Notes: generated by a model from the letters alone, not told the origin. A stretch of DNA of 64,000 nt from Candidatus Micrarchaeota archaeon (GCA_018819225.1 JAHJQN010000003.1:64001-128000), one strand, 5' to 3'. Positions 1 through 8,565 are shown, counted from the first letter of the stretch. Program-made: numbers and translations.

Positions 1-1083
1 CTGAAGGCATTGGAGGCGTACCATCCCAAGAAGATGGCAATCGGCACCATTTGCTCTCATTCCGCTCTACAGATTTTCCACGGAGCCAAGCGGGAAGGCT
101 TTCGCACCGTGGGCATTTGCACGGAGGACCGAAGAGAACTCTACGAAAGCTATCCGTTAGCGCGTCCGGACGTCATCATCCCCGTCAAGAAATTTTCCGA
201 CGTGCTCAGCGACCGCGTCCAATCCGAACTGCTCGCGGAAAACGTCGTCATCATTCCGCATGGATCGTTCGTGGAATACGTGGGTGCCAAAAACCTGGAA
301 GACCAGTTCCGCGTACCAGTTTTCGGAAACCGCCGCAGTCTGCAATGGGAAAGCTCCCGTAAGCAGGTCAAGGAATGGCTGAAGAAATCCAATTGCCTCG
401 TTCCCAAGGAATTCAAGCACCCGAAAGACATTGACCGCATCTGCATCGTCAAGTTCTCGGGCGCCAAAGGCGGAAGGGGATTCTTCCTCACGACATCCGA
501 GGAGGATTACAAGAGAAAAATGCAGGAGAAGATCCAGAAACGCGTGGTCAGCGCGGAGGAAGCCCAACACGTCACCATTCAAGAATTCGTCAACGGAGTC
601 CGGTATTACCCTCATTATTTTTCGTCGCCGTTTGAGAACAACGGAAAAGGCCGCGTCGAACTCTTGAGCATGGACAAACGCCTCGAAAGCAACGTCGAGG
701 AAATCTACCGGATTCTCGCTGCGGGAACACTGCAGGAACTGAAGATCAATCCAACGTACGTGGTCACGGGCAACGCGCCCCAAACCATTCGCGAATCCCT
801 GCTTCCTGAACTGTACGGGATGGGTCGACGCGTGCACGAATCATCTAAAAAATTGTTCGGGGGCATCGTGGGGCCATACTGCATCGAATGCGTCGTCACG
901 CCGGAATTGGATATTTACTCCTTCGAGATTTCCGCGCGCATCGTTGCGGGAACGAATTTGTATCCCGAGGGATCATTCCTTTCCGCCTACCTGTTCAAAG
1001 AACCCATGAGCACCGGAAGGAGAATCGCGCGCGAACTCAAAACCGCGATCACGAAAAAAGCGCTCGACCAAGTGGTTTACTGA
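1..1083 (+). CDS. purP: PurP-family formate:AICAR ligase (ATP-grasp), probably 5'-truncated by the window edge
   Basis: Motifs IGTICSHSALQIFHGAKREGF, IPHGSFVEY, GAKGGRG, RESLL and FEISARIVAGTN. The frame is open from position 1. Confidence 0.92.
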   Translation: MKALEAYHPKKMAIGTICSHSALQIFHGAKREGFRTVGICTEDRRELYESYPLARPDVIIPVKKFSDVLSDRVQSELLAENVVIIPHGSFVEYVGAKNLEDQFRVPVFGNRRSLQWESSRKQVKEWLKKSNCLVPKEFKHPKDIDRICIVKFSGAKGGRGFFLTTSEEDYKRKMQEKIQKRVVSAEEAQHVTIQEFVNGVRYYPHYFSSPFENNGKGRVELLSMDKRLESNVEEIYRILAAGTLQELKINPTYVVTGNAPQTIRESLLPELYGMGRRVHESSKKLFGGIVGPYCIECVVTPELDIYSFEISARIVAGTNLYPEGSFLSAYLFKEPMSTGRRIARELKTAITKKALDQVVY

Positions 1084-1088
1084 AAGGG

Positions 1089-2165
1089 ATGGACATGAAC
1101 GAAGCACGTCTGGTACACCAGCTCAATCGTGATTTCAATTTATTTATTTCCCAATGGTGGCGCGAAGCCTTTCGAGACAATTTCCAAAAAGTAATGAAAG
1201 CCCGTTATACCGATTACATCGCCGTCGGAAACGAATGGTCCGCCAATTACTATGCCATCGAACAAGATGAAGAAGACATTCGTCAGAATTCCCTTCAATG
1301 GCTTGCGGATCACCCGGATGAATACATCAACGGATGCAACGAATTCATGCGCCAAGGACAGGAAACGCGCCGTATACTAAAAAACTTCGGGCACGTCAAC
1401 GAACTCGATTACGAAAGCGTGAAACGGTTGAAAACGCGCTACCAACTCCTGTTTCCGTGGCTTCGATTCAGCATCCGTTTCCCTGCCACGTGGAAAAAAG
1501 ATATCGAAAAACAAGTTCCAAAACACGCGAAGCGTGTCATCGATACCGCGTATGAAAGTCGCAGGTCGACGGACGGCATCTTCGAAAAAATCAATGCGTT
1601 ATTCCGAACGGTATTCGCCAAGTCCTTGCGAGAAACCCATCACCCAGAACATTGGACGAAGTACTTTACGGAAGAAGACGTGTATCGATTCGCAAAAAAC
1701 GAATCCATGGATTGGCCAGCCATCGAAGCCCGCTCCAAAGGATACGTGTTGTGCAGGGGAAAAGTATACGCGTCGAGCCACTACCAGAGCATCTTCCAGG
1801 AACACGGATACGCCTTCCAAGAAACCCCAGTGAATGCTTCGGAAAACATTCGAGGAACCATTGCGTTCGCCGACGGAAAACGAACAGGAATCGTGCGTAA
1901 GCTATTTGCCATCGAACAACTGCCATCCTTTCAAGAAGGCGAAATCCTGGTTTCACCCATGACGGTACCCGATTTCCTTCCCGCCATGAAAAAAGCAGCG
2001 GCCATTGTCACGGATGAAGGCGGGGTCACGTGTCATGCGGCCATCGTCGCCAGAGAACTCGGCAAGCCCTGCATCATTGGAACGAAGATCGCTTCCAAAA
2101 TACTGGAAGATGGCGAACGAGTGGAGGTGGATTCCGCGGAAGGCATTATCCGTCGGATCGCATGA
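1089..2165 (+). CDS. PEP-utilising enzyme mobile (phospho-His swivel) domain protein
   Basis: C-terminal GEILVSPMTVPDF..AAAIVTDEGGVTCHAAIVARELGKPCIIGT. Helical N-terminus with no recognisable ATP-grasp domain. ATG 1089 directly follows the purP stop. Confidence 0.85.
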   Translation: MDMNEARLVHQLNRDFNLFISQWWREAFRDNFQKVMKARYTDYIAVGNEWSANYYAIEQDEEDIRQNSLQWLADHPDEYINGCNEFMRQGQETRRILKNFGHVNELDYESVKRLKTRYQLLFPWLRFSIRFPATWKKDIEKQVPKHAKRVIDTAYESRRSTDGIFEKINALFRTVFAKSLRETHHPEHWTKYFTEEDVYRFAKNESMDWPAIEARSKGYVLCRGKVYASSHYQSIFQEHGYAFQETPVNASENIRGTIAFADGKRTGIVRKLFAIEQLPSFQEGEILVSPMTVPDFLPAMKKAAAIVTDEGGVTCHAAIVARELGKPCIIGTKIASKILEDGERVEVDSAEGIIRRIA

Positions 2166-2270
2166 ACCCGCGCCCGAATGCGTCGACAACGTATCCCCGG
2201 AAAGGCACAAATACGTGGACGAAAGCGTTAAAAGAAAGAGATCAAGTATAAGGAATCACGGGTCGTTAAA

Positions 2271-3173
2271 TTGAAAGGAATTACGTTGAAACACGGCACG
2301 CAACGATTGAAGGAAGGCTTCGCTAAAATGCAGAAAGGCGGCGTCATCATGGACGTGGTCAACGAAAAGCAGGCGAAGATCGCGGAAGAAGCCGGCGCCG
2401 TAGCGGTCATGGCCTTGCACGCCGTTCCAGCGGACATTCGTAAGGAAGGGGGAGTGGCGCGCATGGCCGATCCCCTGGTCATCGAACAAATCATGAAGGC
2501 CGTCACGATACCGGTGATGGCCAAAGCGCGCATTGGACACGTTGCGGAAGCGCAAGTGTTGCAGGAACTGGGCGTGGACATGATTGATGAAAGCGAAGTG
2601 CTGACTCCCGCCGACGAAGAGCATCACATCGACAAGAGCCAATTCACGATTCCGTTCGTATGCGGTGCCCGCGATCTCGGAGAAGCGTTGAGACGCATTG
2701 ATGAGGGGGCGGCCATGATTCGCACCAAAGGCGAGCCCGGAACCGGAAATGTCGTTGAAGCGGTTCGCCACGCCCGAAAAGTGAACCAAGAGATTGCCGA
2801 ACTCGTCAAGAATATCAATAACGCGTCCGTCCTGGAGAAAAAAGCAAACGAATATGGCGTCCCCCTATCGCTCGTGAAAAAAATCGCCCAGGAAAAGCGG
2901 TTGACCGTCGTCAATTTTGCGGCCGGAGGCATTGCCACTCCCGCCGACGCCGCGTTGATGATGCAGCTCGGAGTCGACGGCGTTTTTGTGGGCAGCGGCA
3001 TCTTCAAGAGCCAGTTCCCGGAAAAGTTTGCGAAAGCCATCGTGGAGGCCACGCGCCATTACGATGATGCGTCGGTGGTGGCGCGCGTATCCCGCGGATT
3101 GGGAACGCCCATGAAAGGAATCGAGACGTCCATGTTGAAAAAAGAAGAGCGCATGCAGGACCGAGGAATCTGA
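2271..3173 (+). CDS. pdxS: Pyridoxal 5'-phosphate synthase, lyase subunit
   Basis: [67 protein letters not shown]. Confidence 0.97.
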   Translation: MKGITLKHGTQRLKEGFAKMQKGGVIMDVVNEKQAKIAEEAGAVAVMALHAVPADIRKEGGVARMADPLVIEQIMKAVTIPVMAKARIGHVAEAQVLQELGVDMIDESEVLTPADEEHHIDKSQFTIPFVCGARDLGEALRRIDEGAAMIRTKGEPGTGNVVEAVRHARKVNQEIAELVKNINNASVLEKKANEYGVPLSLVKKIAQEKRLTVVNFAAGGIATPADAALMMQLGVDGVFVGSGIFKSQFPEKFAKAIVEATRHYDDASVVARVSRGLGTPMKGIETSMLKKEERMQDRGI

Positions 3174-3187
3174 ACGGAGGAGGGCCC

Positions 3188-3829
3188 ATGGCTGAAAAAC
3201 CAAAGAAATCCTCTCGAGAACAACGATTCGAGCACTTGATGAAACGAAGTGCCGAAACGCCGGAAGGGCGTGCGAGCGGTATATGGAAACGAAATCCGTT
3301 ATTGCATAATTACACGATTCCGCACGCGTTTCTGATGAACGATCACGAGCTCGGATTGGAATCGTTTGCAAAATCGCATCCAAGATACTCAAGGTCCCAA
3401 GTGTATTATGCGCGAAGAATTATTCGGGGGAACCAACGAGTGGTTAACCGGCTCATTGGAAGCTGGAGAAACGGAAAGCACGTACTCGCAAGTGGTCCAG
3501 CCCTCATGGAATTAATTTCAGCAGCCTCTCCTGAGGAACGGACTTTGAGAAAACGGCGCGTTCCAACGGGAGTGCAAGACGTACGTGCGCTCGTCATCCA
3601 AGCGGACCGCTGGATTGAAGGGGGGCTCTGCACTCCAGAAATCGATCGGTACGCGATGCATCTTAAAACACATTTTTTGAACCATTTGAAAAGTGCTGAA
3701 CGCGTGCCTGAATATGCTCAGGTGGCACGAGCCATGCAAAAAGTATTCCAAGACGCAGATCATCTTGCGTTAGCCCATGCTCTCGTGCGAAACGTCCATT
3801 CCTATTATTCGGACCCGAATAAAACGTAA
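3188..3829 (+). CDS. Hypothetical basic protein between pdxS and pdxT
   Basis: 213-aa ORF with a GGAGG SD before ATG 3188. It fills the pdxS-pdxT gap. No motif recognised. Confidence 0.7.
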   Translation: MAEKPKKSSREQRFEHLMKRSAETPEGRASGIWKRNPLLHNYTIPHAFLMNDHELGLESFAKSHPRYSRSQVYYARRIIRGNQRVVNRLIGSWRNGKHVLASGPALMELISAASPEERTLRKRRVPTGVQDVRALVIQADRWIEGGLCTPEIDRYAMHLKTHFLNHLKSAERVPEYAQVARAMQKVFQDADHLALAHALVRNVHSYYSDPNKT

Positions 3830-3839
3830 GGCGAATGCT

Positions 3840-4418
3840 TTGAAAATCGGCGTACTCGGTTTACAGGGAGCGGTGTCGGAACACCTCGAGGTGCTTCGCA
3901 AGCTTCCGGTGGAAGCGGTCTGGGTGAAAGAGGATAAGCACCTCGCGGCCGTGGATGCGTTAATCCTTCCCGGAGGCGAAAGCACCACCATTTCAACATT
4001 GCTGGAAAAAAACCGTTTATTTGAACCGTTGAAAGAACGCGCAAGCAACGGAATGCCGATCTTCGGAACGTGTGCAGGACTCGTATTGTTGGCGAAGGAT
4101 GCAGGACGACAACAGCAACAGACCGGCCAAAAATTATTGGAGCTCATGGATATGCGCGTGAACCGAAACGCGTTTGGCCGACAAAAAGACAGCATGGAAG
4201 CCCCGATAACCATTCAAGGCATTGCAGGAAAATTCCCGGCCGTGTTCATCCGAGCGCCCGTTATTGAAAAAGTGAATGGAACGTGTCACATCATTGCGCG
4301 TCTCGATCAACACATCGTCGCTGCGGAACAAGAACCATTCCTGGCCACGAGCTTTCATCCGGAGCTCTCCGGCGATTCGCGCGTACACGAATATTTCATT
4401 CGGAAAATCAAGCGCTAG
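3840..4418 (+). CDS. pdxT: Pyridoxal 5'-phosphate synthase, glutaminase subunit
   Basis: KIGVLGLQGAVSEH, ILPGGESTT, FGTCAG, RNAFGRQ, FIRAP, SFHPEL. TTG start at 3840 preceded by AGGCGA. Confidence 0.96.
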   Translation: MKIGVLGLQGAVSEHLEVLRKLPVEAVWVKEDKHLAAVDALILPGGESTTISTLLEKNRLFEPLKERASNGMPIFGTCAGLVLLAKDAGRQQQQTGQKLLELMDMRVNRNAFGRQKDSMEAPITIQGIAGKFPAVFIRAPVIEKVNGTCHIIARLDQHIVAAEQEPFLATSFHPELSGDSRVHEYFIRKIKR

Positions 4419-4918
4419 TAAATCGACACTTTCTTCACGCCCTTGATTTGCGGAAAGCGATTCAGCAAAGCACCCGGAATCTTGCGTTCGGTAATGATGA
4501 GGAGAGTCGGGTTCTCAAATAGCTCGGGATCCTTCGCGTACACTTGACGAATCCGAATCCGTTTTTCCGCCAACAGTTGAGTGGCCGCAGCCACGATACC
4601 GCCTCTCCGCGCATCCGCTTCAATTTCAACGACCCCGAAACCCAGCATCGGGGCCACCTCCCGCAATAACGATCCCGCCGGTTGAATATGGGAGAAAATT
4701 TTGTTTAGATACGGATCGGAACGAATCCCTGCAATGGTTCGACGGACCATCCGGCGGTCGACGCCCGCGCTTTGCGCTAACGAGGCATCCTTGACTTCCA
4801 CATCCCCGCAACAAATTTTTCCGTCCTCGCGAATCCGGAGCCCCAACTCGACGAGCTTTCGCGCCACCGATTTCTGAGCCGGCAGGCCACCAAACAATCC
4901 CGAAACCCGATTCCACAT
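4415..4918 (-). CDS. trpY: TrpY-like tryptophan-sensitive transcription regulator (N-terminal DNA-binding domain, C-terminal ACT domain)
   Basis: Starts MW at ATG 4918 and W2 is its only Trp, the known TrpY hallmark. Has GVDRR and an ACT-like C-terminus (IRQ..DP). Divergent from trpB2 across TGTACA boxes. Confidence 0.85.
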   Translation of the reverse strand: MWNRVSGLFGGLPAQKSVARKLVELGLRIREDGKICCGDVEVKDASLAQSAGVDRRMVRRTIAGIRSDPYLNKIFSHIQPAGSLLREVAPMLGFGVVEIEADARRGGIVAAATQLLAEKRIRIRQVYAKDPELFENPTLLIITERKIPGALLNRFPQIKGVKKVSIY

Positions 4919-4920
4919 AA

Positions 4921-4946
4921 TGTACAAATATGTACAGCAATGTATT
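4921..4946. promoter_or_regulatory. TRP boxes (TrpY operator): TGTACA-N4-TGTACA-N4-TGTATT
   Basis: Perfect TGTACA palindromes at 4921-4926 and 4931-4936 and a degenerate copy at 4941-4946, with a 10-bp period. This matches the known TrpY consensus TGTACA. Confidence 0.88.
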
Positions 4947-4951
4947 AAATA
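4943..4951. promoter_or_regulatory. Probable shared or overlapping TATA box for the divergent trpY and trpB2 genes
   Basis: TATTAAATA lies ~25 nt upstream of the trpY ATG (consistent with a leaderless transcript) and ~50 nt upstream of ATG 4999. It overlaps the third TRP box. Confidence 0.6.
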
Positions 4952-4998
4952 GATACGTCGAGTCGATGGAAGATACCAGTCAGCTAGAGGTGTTTCTA

Positions 4999-5028
4999 AT
5001 GAAACCAGGCGAGTTACTTTGGCGTTAA
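4999..5028 (+). other. Trp-codon-containing leader ORF (MKPGELLWR*) and candidate +1 frameshift site CTT-TGG (5017-5022)
   Basis: SD GAGGTG at 4987-4992, then ATG AAA CCA GGC GAG TTA CTT TGG CGT TAA. The +1 frame (TTT GGC GTT AAA...) is the TrpB2 frame. Confidence 0.7.
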
Positions 5029-6316
5029 AACCGTATTAACCGAGGACGAGGTCCCGAGAAACTACTACAACATATTGCCGGACCTCCCCAAACCGCTCGA
5101 TCCTCCACTGGACGGACAAACCCGCATGCCCATCACTCCCGATGCGCTCAAACCCATTTTTCCGATGGAAATAATCCGGCAAGAGGTTTCCACGCAAAAA
5201 ACGATTGCGATACCCGACGAAGTACGCGAAGCGTATTTGAAATTGGGACGGCCTACCCCCTTATACCGCGCAAAGAAATTGGAAGCGAAACTGAAAACGC
5301 CCGCAAAAATCTTCTTCAAGCGAGAGGATTTGAATCCGTGCGGCTCGCATAAGCCGAATACCGCCATCGCGCAAGCCTACTATTCCATGAAAGAAGGCGT
5401 GGACGTGCTGGCCACGGAAACCGGTGCCGGACAATGGGGAACCGCTCTCGCTTACGCGACCCAGCTTTTCGGCTTAAAATGCGACGTGTTCATGGTGCGA
5501 ACCAGCTTTGAACAAAAACCGTACCGGAAAACGCTCATGCAACTCTACGGAGCCCACGTCACCCCCTCCCCGAGCCAGCGCACAACATTCGGGCAAGAAG
5601 TGCTAAAAAAAAGTCCGGAACACCCCGGGAGTCTTGGAATCGCGATCAGCGAAGCCTTGGAAACCGTCGTCACATCTAAAAACGCGAAGTACTCGTTGGG
5701 AAGCGTGCTCAATCACGTGTTATTGCACCAAACCGTCATCGGACAAGAAACACTGATTCAACTCGCTAAAAACGATGTCGAACCGGATGTCATGATTGGC
5801 TGCGTGGGAGGCGGCAGCAACTTCGGGGGATTCGCGTTTCCGGCCATGGAACGCAAACTCAAAAAGAAAACGAATACGCGGTTTATTGCCGTAGAACCCG
5901 ATGCCGCGCCATCCATCACCAAAGGAACGTACGCTTACGACGCAGGGGACACGGCCGGCATGACGCCGTTGATGAAAATGTATACGCTGGGGAAGGAATT
6001 CATTCCATCCCCCATTCATGCCGGCGGGCTGAGATATCACGGCATGGCACCCGCCATCTCTCTGCTCGCGCAAGAAAAACTCATCGAAGCGAAAGCGTAT
6101 TCCCAGATCAAAATCTTCGATGCGGCCGCGCTGTTTGCGCAAACCGAGGGAATCGTGGCGGCACCGGAAAGCGCGCACGCGATCGCGGCGGCCATTGATG
6201 AAGCCAAAGCATGCAAACGCTCGGGAGAAAGGCAAACCATTGTCTTCAATCTCTCGGGCCACGGACTCCTTGACCTGAAAGGATACGAAGACTACTTGGA
6301 AGGAAGAATCACGTGA
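4999..6316 (+). CDS. trpB2: Tryptophan synthase beta chain type 2 (TrpB2). Needs a +1 frame change from ATG 4999; the ORF track starts it at TTG 5075.
   Basis: RPTPL, GSHKPNTA (PLP lysine), TETGAGQWG, GSLGIAISEA, GCVGGGSNF, HAGGLRYHG, FNLSGHG. The TrpB2-like N-terminal segment KTVLTEDEVPRNYYNIL lies in frame upstream of 5075 and is bounded by TGA at 5000-5002. Confidence 0.95.
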
Positions 6317-6323
6317 TGAAAAA

Positions 6324-6731
6324 ATGCCGTTAATTCCCGCTGGACAACTCAGGCCGCACGAGCGCATTGAACGAATGCGGTTAAGAAAAGTACGCGCGGA
6401 TATCGAAGCGCGAGGCGTGCTCGACTATCCGTTGCTTGTCTACGAGGAAACGCGCGTTATATTGGATGGACATCACCGCTTTCGCGCGCTTCAACTAATG
6501 GGCTGTCCGCTGATCCCCGTCCAGTTCATTAGATATGAAGGAAAGGCCGTGCAAGTCAGCAGCCAGCGCCCCGGCGTACGCGTCAGCAAAGCGCGTGTCC
6601 GTGAACGCGGTTTAACGGGCCGTTTATTCCCGCCCAAAACCACGAAACACGCATATAAGAAAAGGAGAAAACCGTTTAAATTAAATGAAAGTAGCGTCCT
6701 CGCTTTGGAGGGCGGACCCACAATATATTAA
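6324..6731 (+). CDS. ParB/Srx-fold protein, SerK/SbnI-like candidate free serine kinase
   Basis: LRPHE, ILDGHHR and C-terminal PPKTTKH motifs. Starts 7 nt after the trpB2 stop. Contains no Trp. Confidence 0.7.
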   Translation: MPLIPAGQLRPHERIERMRLRKVRADIEARGVLDYPLLVYEETRVILDGHHRFRALQLMGCPLIPVQFIRYEGKAVQVSSQRPGVRVSKARVRERGLTGRLFPPKTTKHAYKKRRKPFKLNESSVLALEGGPTIY

Positions 6732-6783
6732 ACTGTCGTCGCACTCAATTAGCCAAGGAAACCATACGGGTTAGGTGCGACTT

Positions 6784-8565
6784 ATGCTTCGACAGCCCAT
6801 CGTATGCGTATTGGGTCATGTGGACCACGGAAAAACCAGCCTATTAGATGCCTTGCGAAAAACGCGCATCACGGAAAAAGAAGCCGGAAAAATCACGCAA
6901 GGCATTTCCTCGTGGGAAATCCCCATCGGCATGATCGAATCCGCGTGCGGCGCGCTCATGAATAAAATGAAGACAAAATTCTCTATCCCGGGACTGCTTT
7001 TCATTGACACGCCGGGACACGAAGCGTTCGTCAACCTGCGAAAACGCGGAGGAAGCATTGCGGACATCGCGATTCTCGTCATCGACGTGAATCAAGGCCT
7101 GCAGCCGCAAACCAAGGAAGCCATTGAAATACTTCGGGAATACAAGACCCCGTTCGTCGTCGCGTTCACGAAAATCGATACCATGCAAGGCTGGGTCGAA
7201 AACCGGCCGAAAAACACGTGTTTTACGGACGTGCTTCAAACCCAACGCGAAGACGTGCGGGATGACCTCGACAAAAAAATTTACGAGCTCGTCGGAAATC
7301 TGTCGCAGTACGGATTCTCCTGCGAACGGTTTGACCGCGTGGACGATTTCACGCAACAAATCGCGATCATTCCCACGAGCAGCGAGACCCGCGAAGGCCT
7401 GGCGGAACTCCTTTTATTCGTGGCAGGGCTCGCGCAAAAGTTTATGGAAAAGAAGCTCGAAAAAGGACCCGGCCCGGGTAAAGCCAGCATTTTGGAGCTC
7501 AAGGAAGAACGCGGAATCGGAAAGACGCTGGACGTCATCGTTTACGAAGGAACGATTCGTGAAGGAGAAGATATCGTGTTCTCGCAAGCGGATGGCACGC
7601 CCATTCGCTCGCGCGTTAAAGCACTCTTAAAACCCAAACCATTAGACCAAAGAACCAACCCCGAAGAAAAATTCACGACCGTGAAATCCGTGGAGGCGGC
7701 GGCCGGAGTCAAAATCGCATGCGAGAACGCCGATCACGCGGTCGCTGGTTCCTCCGTATTCGTTGTAAACGACCAAACCGCTTCGCAAATGGAAGACGAG
7801 CTGCGCAAGGAAGCGAAAGAAATTGAAGTGGAAACCAACGAGAACGGGGTCATCGTCAATGCGGACGCGCTCGGTAGCTTGGAAGCGATTGTCCGGATGC
7901 TCAAGCATGAAAACATTCCGATCCGACACGCACGAGTCGGAAAAATCGTCAAGAAAGACGTATTGGAGGCGGCGAGCGTGGCGAAAGGAAACCAGTTCCT
8001 GGGAGTCGTGTTCGGGTTCAATACATCGATGGAAGATGATGCACGACAAACCGCCAAGGAAGAACACGTCAAGCTTTTTGAAGAAAAAGTGATTTACTAC
8101 TTAATCGAAAATTACAAGCAGTGGAAACAAGAGGAGAAAGAAGCGGAACGGAAAAAAGCGTTCCAGACGATTCCGTTGCCGGCCCGCATCCAAGTACTTG
8201 AAAACCATTGTTTCCGCGTCAGCAGCCCCTGCATATTCGGCGTGGAGGTATTGGTAGGACGCATACGGAAAGGCACGCGATTGATGACGGAAAGCGGCGT
8301 CAGTATCGGGGAAATCAAGTCCATTCAAAAAGAAAAGGAATCCGTGGACGAAGCCAAACGAGGGGACTCGGTAGCCATCGCCGTGCAAGGACCGTATTTT
8401 GGAAGGCAAGTAAAAGAAAAGTTCGTGTTGTACACGGAAATTGATCGAAACAACGTGAAAACGCTGGAAGAAAAATACGGGCAAGCGCTCAGCGACGAAG
8501 AAAAAGAATTGCTGCAGGTCATCAAGAAAATCCGCGGCTTCACCGTCATCCGTTCGACGAAATAG
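6784..8565 (+). CDS. infB: Translation initiation factor aIF5B (IF-2)
   Basis: LRQPIVCVLGHVDHGKTSLLD, EAGKITQ, FIDTPGHEAF, RGGSIAD, TKID. Confidence 0.97.
   Translation: MLRQPIVCVLGHVDHGKTSLLDALRKTRITEKEAGKITQGISSWEIPIGMIESACGALMNKMKTKFSIPGLLFIDTPGHEAFVNLRKRGGSIADIAILVIDVNQGLQPQTKEAIEILREYKTPFVVAFTKIDTMQGWVENRPKNTCFTDVLQTQREDVRDDLDKKIYELVGNLSQYGFSCERFDRVDDFTQQIAIIPTSSETREGLAELLLFVAGLAQKFMEKKLEKGPGPGKASILELKEERGIGKTLDVIVYEGTIREGEDIVFSQADGTPIRSRVKALLKPKPLDQRTNPEEKFTTVKSVEAAAGVKIACENADHAVAGSSVFVVNDQTASQMEDELRKEAKEIEVETNENGVIVNADALGSLEAIVRMLKHENIPIRHARVGKIVKKDVLEAASVAKGNQFLGVVFGFNTSMEDDARQTAKEEHVKLFEEKVIYYLIENYKQWKQEEKEAERKKAFQTIPLPARIQVLENHCFRVSSPCIFGVEVLVGRIRKGTRLMTESGVSIGEIKSIQKEKESVDEAKRGDSVAIAVQGPYFGRQVKEKFVLYTEIDRNNVKTLEEKYGQALSDEEKELLQVIKKIRGFTVIRSTK

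Noticed and set aside
2181-2221. Imperfect hairpin upstream of pdxS as a riboswitch
   Set aside because: The stems are short (CGTC/GACG, ACGTAT/ATACGT), it lies upstream of the likely promoter, and I recognise no aptamer.
3835-3843. ATG CTT TGA (a prfB-like site) at the pdxT start
   Set aside because: The +1 frame is not the pdxT frame, and the in-frame TTG at 3840 explains initiation.
4999-5075. Classical TrpL-type transcription attenuator
   Set aside because: There is only one Trp codon, no terminator/antiterminator hairpins with a U-tract are evident, and the leader overlaps the coding frame itself.
5075-5077. TTG 5075 as the true trpB2 start (ORF-track call)
   Set aside because: It has no SD and it would remove the TrpB2-like segment L.EDE.P..YYNI encoded in frame upstream. 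It is disfavoured but not formally excluded.
6324-6731. Chromosome-partitioning ParB
   Set aside because: It has no HTH or dimerisation domain and no parA neighbour. The motifs fit the SerK/SbnI-like branch better.
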